Positions 46,381 through 56,308 of a stretch of DNA of 64,000 bases are shown here, piece by piece. The stretch comes from Ignavibacteriota bacterium. GTDB lineage: Bacteria; Bacteroidota; Ignavibacteria; UBA10030; UBA6906. The notes beneath the pieces are model-generated. The model searched no databases, was not told the DNA's origin, and was given only the letters and a program-made list of their open reading frames with translations. Each line of letters opens with the position of its first letter. Within the stretch, counting starts at the first letter, position 1. The DNA lies in NCBI GenBank assembly GCA_963801355.1, contig CAWDEM010000008.1, positions 896,001-960,000 of the forward strand, written 5' to 3'. The position numbers were made by a program, and so were the translations under genes.

Positions 46381-47787
46381 TCACCGGCCTTTGCCCAGGA
46401 GCATATGCGACACGGTGTTAAACAAAATCTTCAAATCCATCCGGAGCGACATGTTTTCGATGTAGAACAGGTCATATTGCACCTTTTTGCGCACGTCGTC
46501 GATGGACTCGTCGTACTTGTGTTTCACCTGCGCCCATCCGGTGATGCCGGGGCGGACCTTGAGCCGCCGGGGGTACAGAGGAATTTCACGCGACAGCTGA
46601 TCGACGAACATCGGCCGTTCGGGCCGCGGTCCGACGAGGCTCATGTGCCCGGAGAGTACGTTCCAGAGCTGGGGGATTTCATCCAGATGGAGTTTCCGGA
46701 TCAACCAGCCGATGCGGGTGATCCTGGGATCCCGCCTGTGCGACCATACGGGCCCGGCACGTTCCGCGTGATCAACCATGGATCGGAATTTGATAATATT
46801 GAAGTGTTCCCCGTCCTTGCCCACGCGTTCCTGCTTGTACAGCACCGGTCCGGGGGTTTCGATTTTGATTGCCGCTGCAACCAGCAGCCAGAGAGGGAGT
46901 CCCACAATCAGCGCAATCGCCGAGACCGCGACATCAAGGAGTCTCTTGGTGGCCTCCTCCCATGCGGGCATGAGCACCGGAGAGATCTCGATCAGCGGGA
47001 ACCCATAAATCTGGTTCGTGCGGGCCTGACCGCTGATAATATCGTACAGGTCCGGCACGATCTTCAACCCCACGGGATGCCCGCTGCAGCGCGCAATGAT
47101 GTCAAGCAGGCGCGCATGGTCCTTGGAGTCAAGCGCAATGAGCACTTCGCGGACACCGTTCTCCCTGATCAGGGCGGAAAGGTCTTCCAGGGAGCCCAGC
47201 GTCTTCAGTCCGCGTTCACGTGTTGCAGGCTTTTTCTTGTCCGGTTTGTCGATACGCACCCCGCCAAGAACACGGTAGCCGAGCGCAGGGTACTTCGACA
47301 CTTCATCATACAGTTCGCGTGACCGGACCTGGGAACCCACGATCAGCGTGTTATGGGAACCGATACCCGCGATCAACATCCGGCGCTGGATGCTGCGCAG
47401 GAGCAAGCGTCCGGCAACAACGCAGACAAACAGGAACCCCCAATAGACCCCGATGAGCAGACGCGAATTGGTGCCCGGTGGAGTTCCCGCATCGTCCATG
47501 AAAATGGCGAAAAAGAGAATCACCGATCCAAGCACGAGTGTCTTGAACAGCAGCGCAACTTCATCGAAGCGTGATTTGGCATACCAGGGACGATACAGGC
47601 CGACAACGAAAAAGAGCAGCAGCCAGAAGAGGGTCACCACGATCATGGGCAAAAAGTAATCCGGTTCCGCACTGACGATAAGCCAGCCGCTCCGGACGCG
47701 GAAGAGAAAGTACAGCGACCATCCCAGCGAAATGGTGATGATGTCGACCAGGAGCAGCACCAGCTTTTCGTGTCGCGTGGTGATCAT
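46381..47787 (-). CDS. Undecaprenyl-phosphate glycosyl-1-phosphate transferase (WcaJ/WbaP-like)
   Basis: TM bundle and Rossmann-like domain, KRLLD, QERVG, KFRSM, DPRIT, LDEIPQLWNV, MSLVGPRPER, PGITGWAQV, DLFYI. Confidence 0.95.
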   Translation of the reverse strand: MITTRHEKLVLLLVDIITISLGWSLYFLFRVRSGWLIVSAEPDYFLPMIVVTLFWLLLFFVVGLYRPWYAKSRFDEVALLFKTLVLGSVILFFAIFMDDAGTPPGTNSRLLIGVYWGFLFVCVVAGRLLLRSIQRRMLIAGIGSHNTLIVGSQVRSRELYDEVSKYPALGYRVLGGVRIDKPDKKKPATRERGLKTLGSLEDLSALIRENGVREVLIALDSKDHARLLDIIARCSGHPVGLKIVPDLYDIISGQARTNQIYGFPLIEISPVLMPAWEEATKRLLDVAVSAIALIVGLPLWLLVAAAIKIETPGPVLYKQERVGKDGEHFNIIKFRSMVDHAERAGPVWSHRRDPRITRIGWLIRKLHLDEIPQLWNVLSGHMSLVGPRPERPMFVDQLSREIPLYPRRLKVRPGITGWAQVKHKYDESIDDVRKKVQYDLFYIENMSLRMDLKILFNTVSHMLLGKGR

Positions 47788-48941
47788 GCGTTCATCTTTT
47801 CCTGATCGCCTGCCAGCAGGCGCGTATAGACATCCAGGATGCGGTCGACCATTCTCCCGGCGGTGAATTCCTCCAGCGCGCGTTCTTCCGCCTGCCGCCC
47901 CAGGCGTTCCCGCAGTCCATCGTCATGGAGAATTTCGCGCATGGCTCGTGCCAGCGCATCAGCGTCTCGTGGCGGGACAGTCAGACCGGTCACTCCATGG
48001 CGGTTGACGAACGTGGTGCCCGTGTTGATCTGTGTGGAGATGACGGGTTTCCCCGACGCCATCGCCTCGATCTGCACCAGCCCGTAGGCCTCACTCCGCT
48101 CGGTGGAGGGGAGGACAAACAGATCACACGCTTCATAGTAGGCATGTAGTTCCTCATCTTCAAGATGAGGCAGCAACGATACCCGGCCGGCCAGTCCCAG
48201 CGCGGCAATCTGCGCTTCCAGTTTTCCCTGGAGTGGGCCGGACCCGATGATCGCCAATCTGGCTTCGGGGAGTTTCGCCATTGCCTCGACCAGGTACTGC
48301 ATGCCTTTGTAGTAGACCAGCCGGCCCACACAGAGGACAAGCGGTGTACCCAGCCGGCGACGGATCTCAGCAACGCGGGGCAGGCGCGGTGTCCGGTCGC
48401 GTGTCCAATCCAGCGGCACACCCAGCGGCACCACCTCGCAGCGGTGGCTATAGGGACGCAGAAAATCCGAGTTTTCCAGCAACGCAGGGGCGCTCACGAG
48501 GATGCGGTCGACCTGCGGGAGGAAGCGTTCGATGAACGGACGGTAGACCGTGAGAGCCCATTTCTGGCGCACGATATCTGAATGCCAGGTCACGACAATC
48601 CGCTTGAACTGCCGCCTGATGCGGGGAAACAACGCCACCGAAAGGTCGACCAGCGGAAACGGCTCATGCACGTGAAGGATGTCACCGTGCAGGCTCGCAA
48701 GGTGTGGCAGATAGTTGGGACTGATAGGGAGAGAAGCGATGGAACCCCAGCGGGGCATGTAGGTGACCTTCACGCCGTTGATCACATTGGTTTCGGTCGC
48801 CAGCGTCCGGCGCGCGTTGCACACCAGTGCCTCCACACTCAACCCTGCCCTTTTGCTCAAACCCTCCGCGAGGACTGTTACGGTTGTTTCCACTCCGCCA
48901 ATTACGGGAGCATATGCCTTATTTGTCTGCAGAATCTTCAT
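47784..48941 (-). CDS. Glycosyltransferase family 4
   Basis: GGVET, WHSDIVRQ, VGRLVYYKG, EAYGLVQIEAMASGKPV. Confidence 0.93.
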   Translation of the reverse strand: MKILQTNKAYAPVIGGVETTVTVLAEGLSKRAGLSVEALVCNARRTLATETNVINGVKVTYMPRWGSIASLPISPNYLPHLASLHGDILHVHEPFPLVDLSVALFPRIRRQFKRIVVTWHSDIVRQKWALTVYRPFIERFLPQVDRILVSAPALLENSDFLRPYSHRCEVVPLGVPLDWTRDRTPRLPRVAEIRRRLGTPLVLCVGRLVYYKGMQYLVEAMAKLPEARLAIIGSGPLQGKLEAQIAALGLAGRVSLLPHLEDEELHAYYEACDLFVLPSTERSEAYGLVQIEAMASGKPVISTQINTGTTFVNRHGVTGLTVPPRDADALARAMREILHDDGLRERLGRQAEERALEEFTAGRMVDRILDVYTRLLAGDQEKMNA

Positions 48942-50074
48942 GATGGCGTGCGTGCTCTTCCGGCGACAGACTCTTCATAGATCTTCAGCGTCGCTTCCGC
49001 CGTGGTTTTCCACGGAAAGTGCTCAGCCCGCGATCTTCCCCGCCGTCCGAGCTCCAATCGCAAACGGTCGTCAGTACAGAGCGTCGTGATGGCCCGGGCG
49101 ATGTCTGCGGGGTCGCGGGGCTTGATGTACAACACGGCGTCCCCGCCAAGCTCGGGCAGAGACGCGGCGCCCGATGTAATCACGGGGACTCCGGCGGCCA
49201 TAGCTTCCAGAACCGGGAAGCCAAAACCTTCATACAGCGAAGGATAGACGAACGCTGCTGCAGCGGCCATGAGTCCTGCAACCGTGCTGTCATCCAGATA
49301 GCCCAGCAGATGGATTCCTTCGGCGGCGAGTTTCTCCACCGTACCGTACGATTCGGCAAATCCCCTGGGGTTGTCGCCCACGATCCCGAGTTGCAGTCCG
49401 GGAATCCCGGCACGTGCGAGCCGGACTGCTTCAATCAGGGTGCCCGTGTTCTTGTGCGGCTTGAAGTTGGTCACGGTCAAGAGCAACGGCCGGCGCAACC
49501 GCAGCCGGGCCAGCAGTGCCTCATCGACGTAGGGCTCGCGATACTTCACGTGATCGATTCCCAGGTATACCATCCGCAGACGCGAGGGATCCGTGCCCAG
49601 GTGCTCGATCATATCGCGCCGTGTATGTTCCGACGACACGATCACCGCGGTCGACTTTCGCACTCCCGCACGCACAAGCAGAGAGAGGTAGGCCGACGAA
49701 ACGGTGTTGCGCAGACCGCCCCTGCCGAAACTCCACGGACTGAGGAGCGGCAGTATGTCATGCACAGTCATCACCGCCGGTCCCCGGTACGCCACGGGCA
49801 GGGAAAAGTGGAGGGCGTGGAATACGTCCAGGTGCAGCGGCGCGAGCAGCCGCGGGAGCGTGATCTGCCCGCGGATGTCGAACCGGCCCTCGCGGACCAC
49901 GATTTCTCTGAATCGCTCGTCATACACAAACGACATGTGCGTCAGGGGGTTTTTCAGAACGACAAATTCATGCGCGTCGTCCCGTCGCGCATACTCCCTC
50001 AAGAGCTCCGCCGCGTACCGGCCGATGCCGTCGGTGACCTTCATCGCTCCCCGTGCATCAATGCCGATGCGCAT
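48938..50074 (-). CDS. Glycosyltransferase family 4 (mannosyltransferase-like)
   Basis: MRIGIDAR..DGIGRY, TVHD, PHKN, YPSLYEGFGFPVLEAMAAG, SLPE; start re-placed at 50074. Confidence 0.93.
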   Translation of the reverse strand: MRIGIDARGAMKVTDGIGRYAAELLREYARRDDAHEFVVLKNPLTHMSFVYDERFREIVVREGRFDIRGQITLPRLLAPLHLDVFHALHFSLPVAYRGPAVMTVHDILPLLSPWSFGRGGLRNTVSSAYLSLLVRAGVRKSTAVIVSSEHTRRDMIEHLGTDPSRLRMVYLGIDHVKYREPYVDEALLARLRLRRPLLLTVTNFKPHKNTGTLIEAVRLARAGIPGLQLGIVGDNPRGFAESYGTVEKLAAEGIHLLGYLDDSTVAGLMAAAAAFVYPSLYEGFGFPVLEAMAAGVPVITSGAASLPELGGDAVLYIKPRDPADIARAITTLCTDDRLRLELGRRGRSRAEHFPWKTTAEATLKIYEESVAGRARTPS

Positions 50075-51305
50075 CGCCACTCCCTGTCCCGCGGTCACCG
50101 GTGAGTTCACCACACCGGGCGATGATTTTCCCGAGGTTTGTGTCCGCATTAAATTCCAATTCTGTCTTCCGCCTCCCCGCGCGTCCGAGAGCTTCGCACA
50201 GCGGCGCATCTGCAAGGAGCCGCACAACCGCGTCGGCCAGCGCTTCCACGTTGCCCCGTTCGACGAGGAGTCCGTTTACCTCATGCTGGATCAAATCCTC
50301 CATATGCGGAGAGCGGAATGCCACCACGGGTTTGCCAAAACCCCAGGCTTCGATCACCGGACGCGAAAAGTGGCTTTCCATCAAGGGCGCCACAAGCAGG
50401 TCCGACGCCTCGAGCAACTCAAGCGCACTGGTGATTTCGCCCAGGTAGCGAAGCCCTCCGGAGTGTTCGAGGTCCTTCATGAGTTTCATGCACGTGTCAT
50501 GGTACGCGCGCCTTTCGGGGTTGTCGCTCATCCGTGCACTTCCCGCCAGGGCGAGGAACGCCTCTGGACGGCGCTGGAGGATCAGGGCTCCCGCCGTCAG
50601 GAATTCCCGGGTGCCTTTGATATCCAGAATGCCTCCGATCATCGTGACTACTTTCCGGCCGGCAGGCAGTCCCAGGCGGCACATCACATCGGCCACTACT
50701 GTATCACGGTTGCCCGAAACCGGAAAGAACTCGCCTGCCACCACGATCTTTTCACGGTCGGCGGGTCCCGGATGGAGCTGGTCGGCCTCACTTCGTGTGA
50801 TCGCGAAGATCGCATCGTTCCACTTGAGCACCCAGCTTCGCATGAGCCTGCGGCGCAGACCGAACAGGCCGGAAAGCATCTGGCTTCGTATGTGGACCAC
50901 TGCAGGGACGTGGCATACGCGCGCGGCCAGTGACGCCTGCACGACGCTGTATTCGTTGAGATAGACCAGATCTGGTTTGATGGTGCGAATAGCCCGTCGG
51001 ACGACGAAAAACCCGGCGACGAATTTCACAAGATCCTTCAGGATATTCTTCATTCCAGCGAACGACAGGGGGGAAGCGGTGTACATAAAATGGAAGCACA
51101 TCGTCACCGTCGTGAAGCGGCCCCATCGTCCATCGAGAAGTGTCGCCGAGGAGCGGAGAACCGTCTTCGTCCATTCCTCCTGCTTCCAGGTAAGCACCGC
51201 GACCTCATACCCTGCCTTCTTGAAACCCTGCGCCAGATACTCAAGGCTCACGGTTGCGCCGTTCCGTTCCTGATCCTCATCGATAAAAAGGACGCGGCGG
51301 CTCAT
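50058..51305 (-). CDS. Glycosyltransferase family 4
   Basis: GATVSL, VHIR, IKG, FSRPVIEAWGFGKPVVA, NGLLV. Confidence 0.88.
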   Translation of the reverse strand: MSRRVLFIDEDQERNGATVSLEYLAQGFKKAGYEVAVLTWKQEEWTKTVLRSSATLLDGRWGRFTTVTMCFHFMYTASPLSFAGMKNILKDLVKFVAGFFVVRRAIRTIKPDLVYLNEYSVVQASLAARVCHVPAVVHIRSQMLSGLFGLRRRLMRSWVLKWNDAIFAITRSEADQLHPGPADREKIVVAGEFFPVSGNRDTVVADVMCRLGLPAGRKVVTMIGGILDIKGTREFLTAGALILQRRPEAFLALAGSARMSDNPERRAYHDTCMKLMKDLEHSGGLRYLGEITSALELLEASDLLVAPLMESHFSRPVIEAWGFGKPVVAFRSPHMEDLIQHEVNGLLVERGNVEALADAVVRLLADAPLCEALGRAGRRKTELEFNADTNLGKIIARCGELTGDRGTGSGDAHRH

Positions 51306-52084
51306 GCACTCTTTGCTCGCTTTCCCGTTCCGCGGATCACTCCATGCAGTTTCCTGATCCAGGCAAACGAGAGCGCGTACTTGGCTGTGAGAAACCGGAG
51401 AATCCGTGGGGTCAAGCGGACCTTGTTTTTTCTGTACACTGCCAGGATCTCCAGGGCCTGGCGCCGCCTCATCGAGACACTTTTGTTCTCGTCATAGTAC
51501 CGGTAGCAGCTTATCGTCATCGGGAGGTAGTGGAACTGATATTTCCGGGCGGCACGAAGAAAGAAGTCAAAATCCATCACCAGGTGCAGGCTTTCATCGA
51601 CACCTCCCTGTTCTTCCACAAGCTTTTTGCGCCAAAAGAAACTGGGCTCGCGGACGATATCGGGGCACTCCGTCAGACTCCTGTAGTTGATTGTATCGCC
51701 GGTGTAGCTGTAGAGCTTCTTGCCTTCCTTGTCCACGAACGTAATATCACCGTACAGCACCATGCACTCCGGGTGTTTGGCAAAGTGCCAGGCAACGGCG
51801 CCGAGCACATTTGGTTCATACCAGTCGTCGGAATTGAGACACGCAACGATTTCACCTGTGGCTTTCCGGAACCCCTTATTGATGGCGTCACTCTGTCCCC
51901 GGTCCTTTTCCGACACCGATTTCAGGTGCGGATACCGGGCGAGTATCTCGCGCGTGTTGTCCGTCGACCCCCCATCCATCACCAGGTGTTCAATGTCGTC
52001 GTGGTCCTGCGCAAGGACAGACCGGATGGTTTGTTCAATGAACATGCCCTGGTTGTACGATGTGGTAATGATTGAGATTCTCAT
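51302..52084 (-). CDS. Glycosyltransferase family 2
   Basis: SIITTSYNQ, DGGSTD, SEKDRGQSDAINKG, LNSDD, MDFDFFLR. Confidence 0.94.
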   Translation of the reverse strand: MRISIITTSYNQGMFIEQTIRSVLAQDHDDIEHLVMDGGSTDNTREILARYPHLKSVSEKDRGQSDAINKGFRKATGEIVACLNSDDWYEPNVLGAVAWHFAKHPECMVLYGDITFVDKEGKKLYSYTGDTINYRSLTECPDIVREPSFFWRKKLVEEQGGVDESLHLVMDFDFFLRAARKYQFHYLPMTISCYRYYDENKSVSMRRRQALEILAVYRKNKVRLTPRILRFLTAKYALSFAWIRKLHGVIRGTGKRAKSA

Positions 52085-52093
52085 GCCGGTTTC

Positions 52094-53662
52094 CTAAGCT
52101 CCTGGGGCGGGCAGTGTTGGGGGAGCGTGTTTACACAGTAGGTGCGAGACCAGTCGTGCGGCGGGCGTATTATCGCCGAGATAGCGGGCAACATCCTTCA
52201 CACTGATGACCCCGGTGGTTCTGTAGGTCACGAGCGCAAGCAGGCCCACGGCGAGCACAGGCAGAAGCACGGCCAGCTTGCCGGTCCCTGCCAGTGGGAA
52301 GAGCAGACCCACGGCGGCGGGAGCGCCCATCACCAGGGCAATAGCTCCACCCTGCCTCCAGTTGTCGAGCACTCCCGTGCCCAGTAAGCGTTGCTGGTAC
52401 CAGTAGAGCAGCAGCCAGGCACAGAGATTTGACATCACGTTGCCTGCCACCGCGGCATAGTACCCCATGGAGGGCAGGAGCACAAAAAAGACCACGGTAT
52501 TGACGATGACATTCACCGCCTGCGCCAGCACCGTCCGCGATGCGTAACCCTTCGCCATCAGGAACTGGTAGAAGGGAGTAATCGTCAGGCTTCCGAGGAG
52601 ATAGGATGCTACCATCCAGATAATCGTGACGGACAGCACTCCGACATTTGCATCGAAGAAGAGCGAGACCAAAGGCGTTGTGGCGAGGATTGTCATCCCC
52701 ACCATCGGGGCGACCAGGAGCACTGATTTCTGTTCGACATCGTGCACGATGGACCTGATGCCCTCGGGGTCACTCCTGGTTGACAGGAGAGGATAGAGCG
52801 GATAGAGCAGTTTGAACACCAGTCCGGTGACGAGATTCCGGGCACGGAGACCGATTTCGAACAGCCCGACTTCGCGCATGCCGAGGAACTGTGCGATGAG
52901 GATGCGGACAAGCGGCTCGTAGAAGAAGTTGATCAGGCCGGCAGAGAAGAGCTGGAGGCCATAGGTGAGCTGTTTGCGTGCCAGGCGTGCAAAGTCCGCC
53001 CGTAAGCCGGCGACCACAGGCATTCCCCAGGTCTTCAGCATGCTGATCACCACAGTCCCGAACCAGATAACGGTAGCGACGAGGACAGCAATCGCGAGCA
53101 GATGGAATGAAGCCCAGAGGCGGACAACAATGAGGATCGAGCCCCAGTACAGCACCGCATAGACCATCTGACACATATTCGTCACATGGACTTTCTGTTG
53201 CGCATCGAGGACGGCGGTGAACGTCTGGCCGATGAGCACCAGACCATTGCTGACCAGCATTGACCGGTACACCCAGACCGCTCCGCCGCTCATAGCTGGC
53301 GGAACATTCAGAACCTTCAGGATCACGAACTGTTCAAAGACAAATCCGAGCACCGTCAGGGGCAGCGTCACAGACACCAGCAGAAGCAGCGTCACGAGAA
53401 TGTCGTGGTCCGACTCGCGGGTCTTGCCCTGCTCGGCCAGAAAGCGTACCAGGGTGGAATTGAGTCCCAGGTTGGCGAAGGTATTGGCGCTTCCCACCAA
53501 TGTAAGCACAGAGAAGACACCCCACGCTTCCGGGCCCAGCGTCTTGATGAAAAGCGGGATCGTCAGCACGACGAGCACTGTGGCCACGACGACCTGGAGC
53601 GCCCCGGAAACGGAGCCCCTGGTGAGGTCAGAACGCAGTGTCGACTTTCGTGCCGCGCTCAT
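52094..53662 (-). CDS. Wzx-type oligosaccharide flippase
   Basis: Real start MSAARKS (ATGA overlap with the upstream stop); IPLFIKTLGPEAWGVF, NLGL...LVRFLAE; many TM helices. Confidence 0.88.
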   Translation of the reverse strand: MSAARKSTLRSDLTRGSVSGALQVVVATVLVVLTIPLFIKTLGPEAWGVFSVLTLVGSANTFANLGLNSTLVRFLAEQGKTRESDHDILVTLLLLVSVTLPLTVLGFVFEQFVILKVLNVPPAMSGGAVWVYRSMLVSNGLVLIGQTFTAVLDAQQKVHVTNMCQMVYAVLYWGSILIVVRLWASFHLLAIAVLVATVIWFGTVVISMLKTWGMPVVAGLRADFARLARKQLTYGLQLFSAGLINFFYEPLVRILIAQFLGMREVGLFEIGLRARNLVTGLVFKLLYPLYPLLSTRSDPEGIRSIVHDVEQKSVLLVAPMVGMTILATTPLVSLFFDANVGVLSVTIIWMVASYLLGSLTITPFYQFLMAKGYASRTVLAQAVNVIVNTVVFFVLLPSMGYYAAVAGNVMSNLCAWLLLYWYQQRLLGTGVLDNWRQGGAIALVMGAPAAVGLLFPLAGTGKLAVLLPVLAVGLLALVTYRTTGVISVKDVARYLGDNTPAARLVSHLLCKHAPPTLPAPGA

Positions 53663-55065
53663 GCGGGTGTGCCTTCTTGTTGGCGCCTGTACATCGCCTG
53701 CACCAATCCGACGATGATGCCGAACAGCACGATCCCCTGCCCGTAGATCCAGGAGTCCGTCAGGACCATCGAGAGTGTGCAATAGATCATGACCGCGAAT
53801 CCGACAGTCGCATAGCGCAGTTCCTGCAGCCCGGAGGCCCGGCGAACGGTGCGGGCGGCCAGGCGGACGATGGACACGATGAGGAACAGAAAAGCGGTCA
53901 ATCCGACGAGGCCGGCCTCCGCAGCCACTCCCAGATATGTGATGTGCGCGGAGTTGCCCCGCACGTAGAGTTCGTACAGGAGGGTGGGCACACGGCAATA
54001 TTCGTACGAGGCATCGATAAACCCATACATGCCGATCCCGATCCACGGGTGCGCAAGGAACGCTTGAAACGCCGTGTCCCAGATAATCAGGCGGGTCAGC
54101 AGCGTATTGCGGATGATGATCCCTTCCGCAGTCTCCTGGGTATTGGGATCCGTGATATCGGCGGCCCGGCTGCCCACCGACGGGTTCAGCGCAATTGTTG
54201 CCACTGCGAGTATGGCGAGGGCCCCAATGCAAACCAGGGTAATGGTGATCATCCGTTTCCGCGTTACCCCCGCGATATGGGGGGAGCGGATGAGAAAGGC
54301 ATAGCTCACGATCAGTGTTACGCCTGTGGCGATCCACGCATTGCGTGTCTGCGTCAGTATCAATCCCATCCCGATCACTGCTCCGGCAATCAGCAGGACA
54401 AGACGGCGCCATCCGTGCGAGAACAACGCCACCAGTGCCACCACATTCACTGCGATCCCTGCATAGTCGACGAACATCACACCTGAGAAGCCGTAGTCCC
54501 GTTTCCCGGTCGCAAGAGCCACCGAGATCACATCCGCGCCGGTCACCACCGTCATCACGAGAAACACGATAACGAGACGGCGCATCGCGTCGAGTGAACG
54601 GACAGTCATGAGGACGGCGTACATTGCGATGAGAAACGCCACCAGATTGTACATTTTGGTGATGCTGTGTGCAACGTCGACCGCATTGATGAGCGAAGGA
54701 AGCACCGCGAGTCCAAATAGCATCAACGGCTTCGAGAGCGGCGTGGAAAACTCTTTCCAAGCGAAGTCGCGGTGGTGCAGGACGAACGACAACGCGACGA
54801 TGGGTGTAAACAAGACTCCGCCGACGAACAACGACACATGGAGATCGATGAACAGGAACACTGTGAGACCGATGAGGGCCAGCTCAGGACTGCTGAGTGC
54901 GAGCAGGACAAGTGCCATCGCGGGGAGGAGCAGGAGGGAGGCGGGGGTCCCGTTCCCCCAAACCTGCGCAATGGCAAACAGCAAGGAAAGCGCAATCCCG
55001 CTCAGAATGGCAAAACGGTACTCCTTCTGAAGCGGTGCGCCGCTGATGGACGGCGCAGCATTCAT
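53659..55065 (-). CDS. O-antigen ligase / Wzy polymerase family membrane protein
   Basis: Multi-TM protein; LTQTRNAW, RLIIW..A..HPWIGIG, AHITYLGVAAEAGLVG. Confidence 0.88.
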   Translation of the reverse strand: MNAAPSISGAPLQKEYRFAILSGIALSLLFAIAQVWGNGTPASLLLLPAMALVLLALSSPELALIGLTVFLFIDLHVSLFVGGVLFTPIVALSFVLHHRDFAWKEFSTPLSKPLMLFGLAVLPSLINAVDVAHSITKMYNLVAFLIAMYAVLMTVRSLDAMRRLVIVFLVMTVVTGADVISVALATGKRDYGFSGVMFVDYAGIAVNVVALVALFSHGWRRLVLLIAGAVIGMGLILTQTRNAWIATGVTLIVSYAFLIRSPHIAGVTRKRMITITLVCIGALAILAVATIALNPSVGSRAADITDPNTQETAEGIIIRNTLLTRLIIWDTAFQAFLAHPWIGIGMYGFIDASYEYCRVPTLLYELYVRGNSAHITYLGVAAEAGLVGLTAFLFLIVSIVRLAARTVRRASGLQELRYATVGFAVMIYCTLSMVLTDSWIYGQGIVLFGIIVGLVQAMYRRQQEGTPA

Positions 55066-56264
55066 ACCCTGGTTTTCCTCGAGGTCCACTTCCACCGCCG
55101 CATGTCAGCGAACAGGGTCTTCAATTTCTGGTCTTCGGTGTGATCGATCGCGTCACGGATCAGGAGGGAGACGTACACCAGGAGTGTGACGGACAGCGCA
55201 CCGATCAGAGAGAACAACACCCGCGGGGGGTAGCTTTTCTTGGCCGGGGGTATGCCGTAGTCGATCACCTGGAGCACGGGATAGTCTTTTGCCTCCTCGA
55301 GTTTTGCCTGTTCGTAGAGCGGAGTAATGAACTCCAGAATGAGATTCCCGATTTCCACTTCCCGGTACCGCCGGAGATATTCCACTGCCGTTCGCGGCAG
55401 AGTTTTCAAGGGAAGGAGCGTGCTTCCGGGGGCGCTCTTCGAACGTAGTTCGACAAGTTTCGACTCGAATGCGGAAATCTGCATCTGCGCTTCGCGGACC
55501 TGCGGCGATTCACGGTCGTACATCTTCTCCAGAATGCCCTCCTGGATGCGCTTCGCGGCAAGTTCGGCCTCCAGTGTCGCATGGGCCGTCACGATGCCTT
55601 CGAGCTGCTTCTTGGCATCCATGAGGCCTGTGCGCTCCTGGTATGTCCGGAGCGAATCTTCTGCGGTCTTCAGCTGCTGCCGCACTTCATCCAGACGCTT
55701 CTCGAGAAAGATCCTGTTTTGCCTCGAACGGGCGGTATTCAACGCCACGATGCGTTCGTTCATTTTGCGCACGATCGTGTTGGTGATGTCGGCGGACTTA
55801 GCGGCAGTGTTGGCGCGCGCCGTTATTATGTACGACCATTCCTCGGTCTCCTGGGTGAACACCTCCTTCCGCAGTCGCTTGATCGCCTTCTCCATGTGTT
55901 CGACGTCCGACGTGTCCAGATCGTAGCTTTCAAGCAAGCCGAACGTTTTGATGATATCTTCCATCATCGTCCGGCTGTAGATGATGGTGGCGTAGAGATC
56001 CATCTCGGAACGCGGTGTCCGGCTCCCCAGGCCGAGCGAGATCCCCTTCATGCTGCGCAGGAGGCCGCTTGCGAGCGACTGGGATTCCTCGCCACGGGGG
56101 ATCAAGACGGCTGTCGACTCGTACTCCTCTTCGACGAAGAAGTAGACCCCCAGGTAGACGACGACCAGGGAGATCATGAACACAGCCAGGAACATTTCCT
56201 TGCGTTTGATCGCGAAGGTCAGATAGTCGAGCAGGTGGAACTCTTTGCTGTTGATTGCGGGCAT
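55062..56264 (-). CDS. Wzz/GumC-like polysaccharide co-polymerase, no kinase domain
   Basis: TM1, coiled-coil periplasmic region, VLQVID..PPAKKSYPPR before TM2, short cytoplasmic tail with no Walker motifs. Confidence 0.88.
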   Translation of the reverse strand: MPAINSKEFHLLDYLTFAIKRKEMFLAVFMISLVVVYLGVYFFVEEEYESTAVLIPRGEESQSLASGLLRSMKGISLGLGSRTPRSEMDLYATIIYSRTMMEDIIKTFGLLESYDLDTSDVEHMEKAIKRLRKEVFTQETEEWSYIITARANTAAKSADITNTIVRKMNERIVALNTARSRQNRIFLEKRLDEVRQQLKTAEDSLRTYQERTGLMDAKKQLEGIVTAHATLEAELAAKRIQEGILEKMYDRESPQVREAQMQISAFESKLVELRSKSAPGSTLLPLKTLPRTAVEYLRRYREVEIGNLILEFITPLYEQAKLEEAKDYPVLQVIDYGIPPAKKSYPPRVLFSLIGALSVTLLVYVSLLIRDAIDHTEDQKLKTLFADMRRWKWTSRKTRV

Positions 56265-56308
56265 GGTTTCGCCGGATCAGTGTCAGGTCATTGGACGAAT
56301 GTGCGTGG

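Noticed and set aside
52094-54760. 888-aa ORF suggesting a giant flippase fusion
   Set aside because: The first 365 codons overlap the Wzy/ligase gene in another frame and are Arg/His-rich nonsense; the real start is at 53662 with an ATGA overlap
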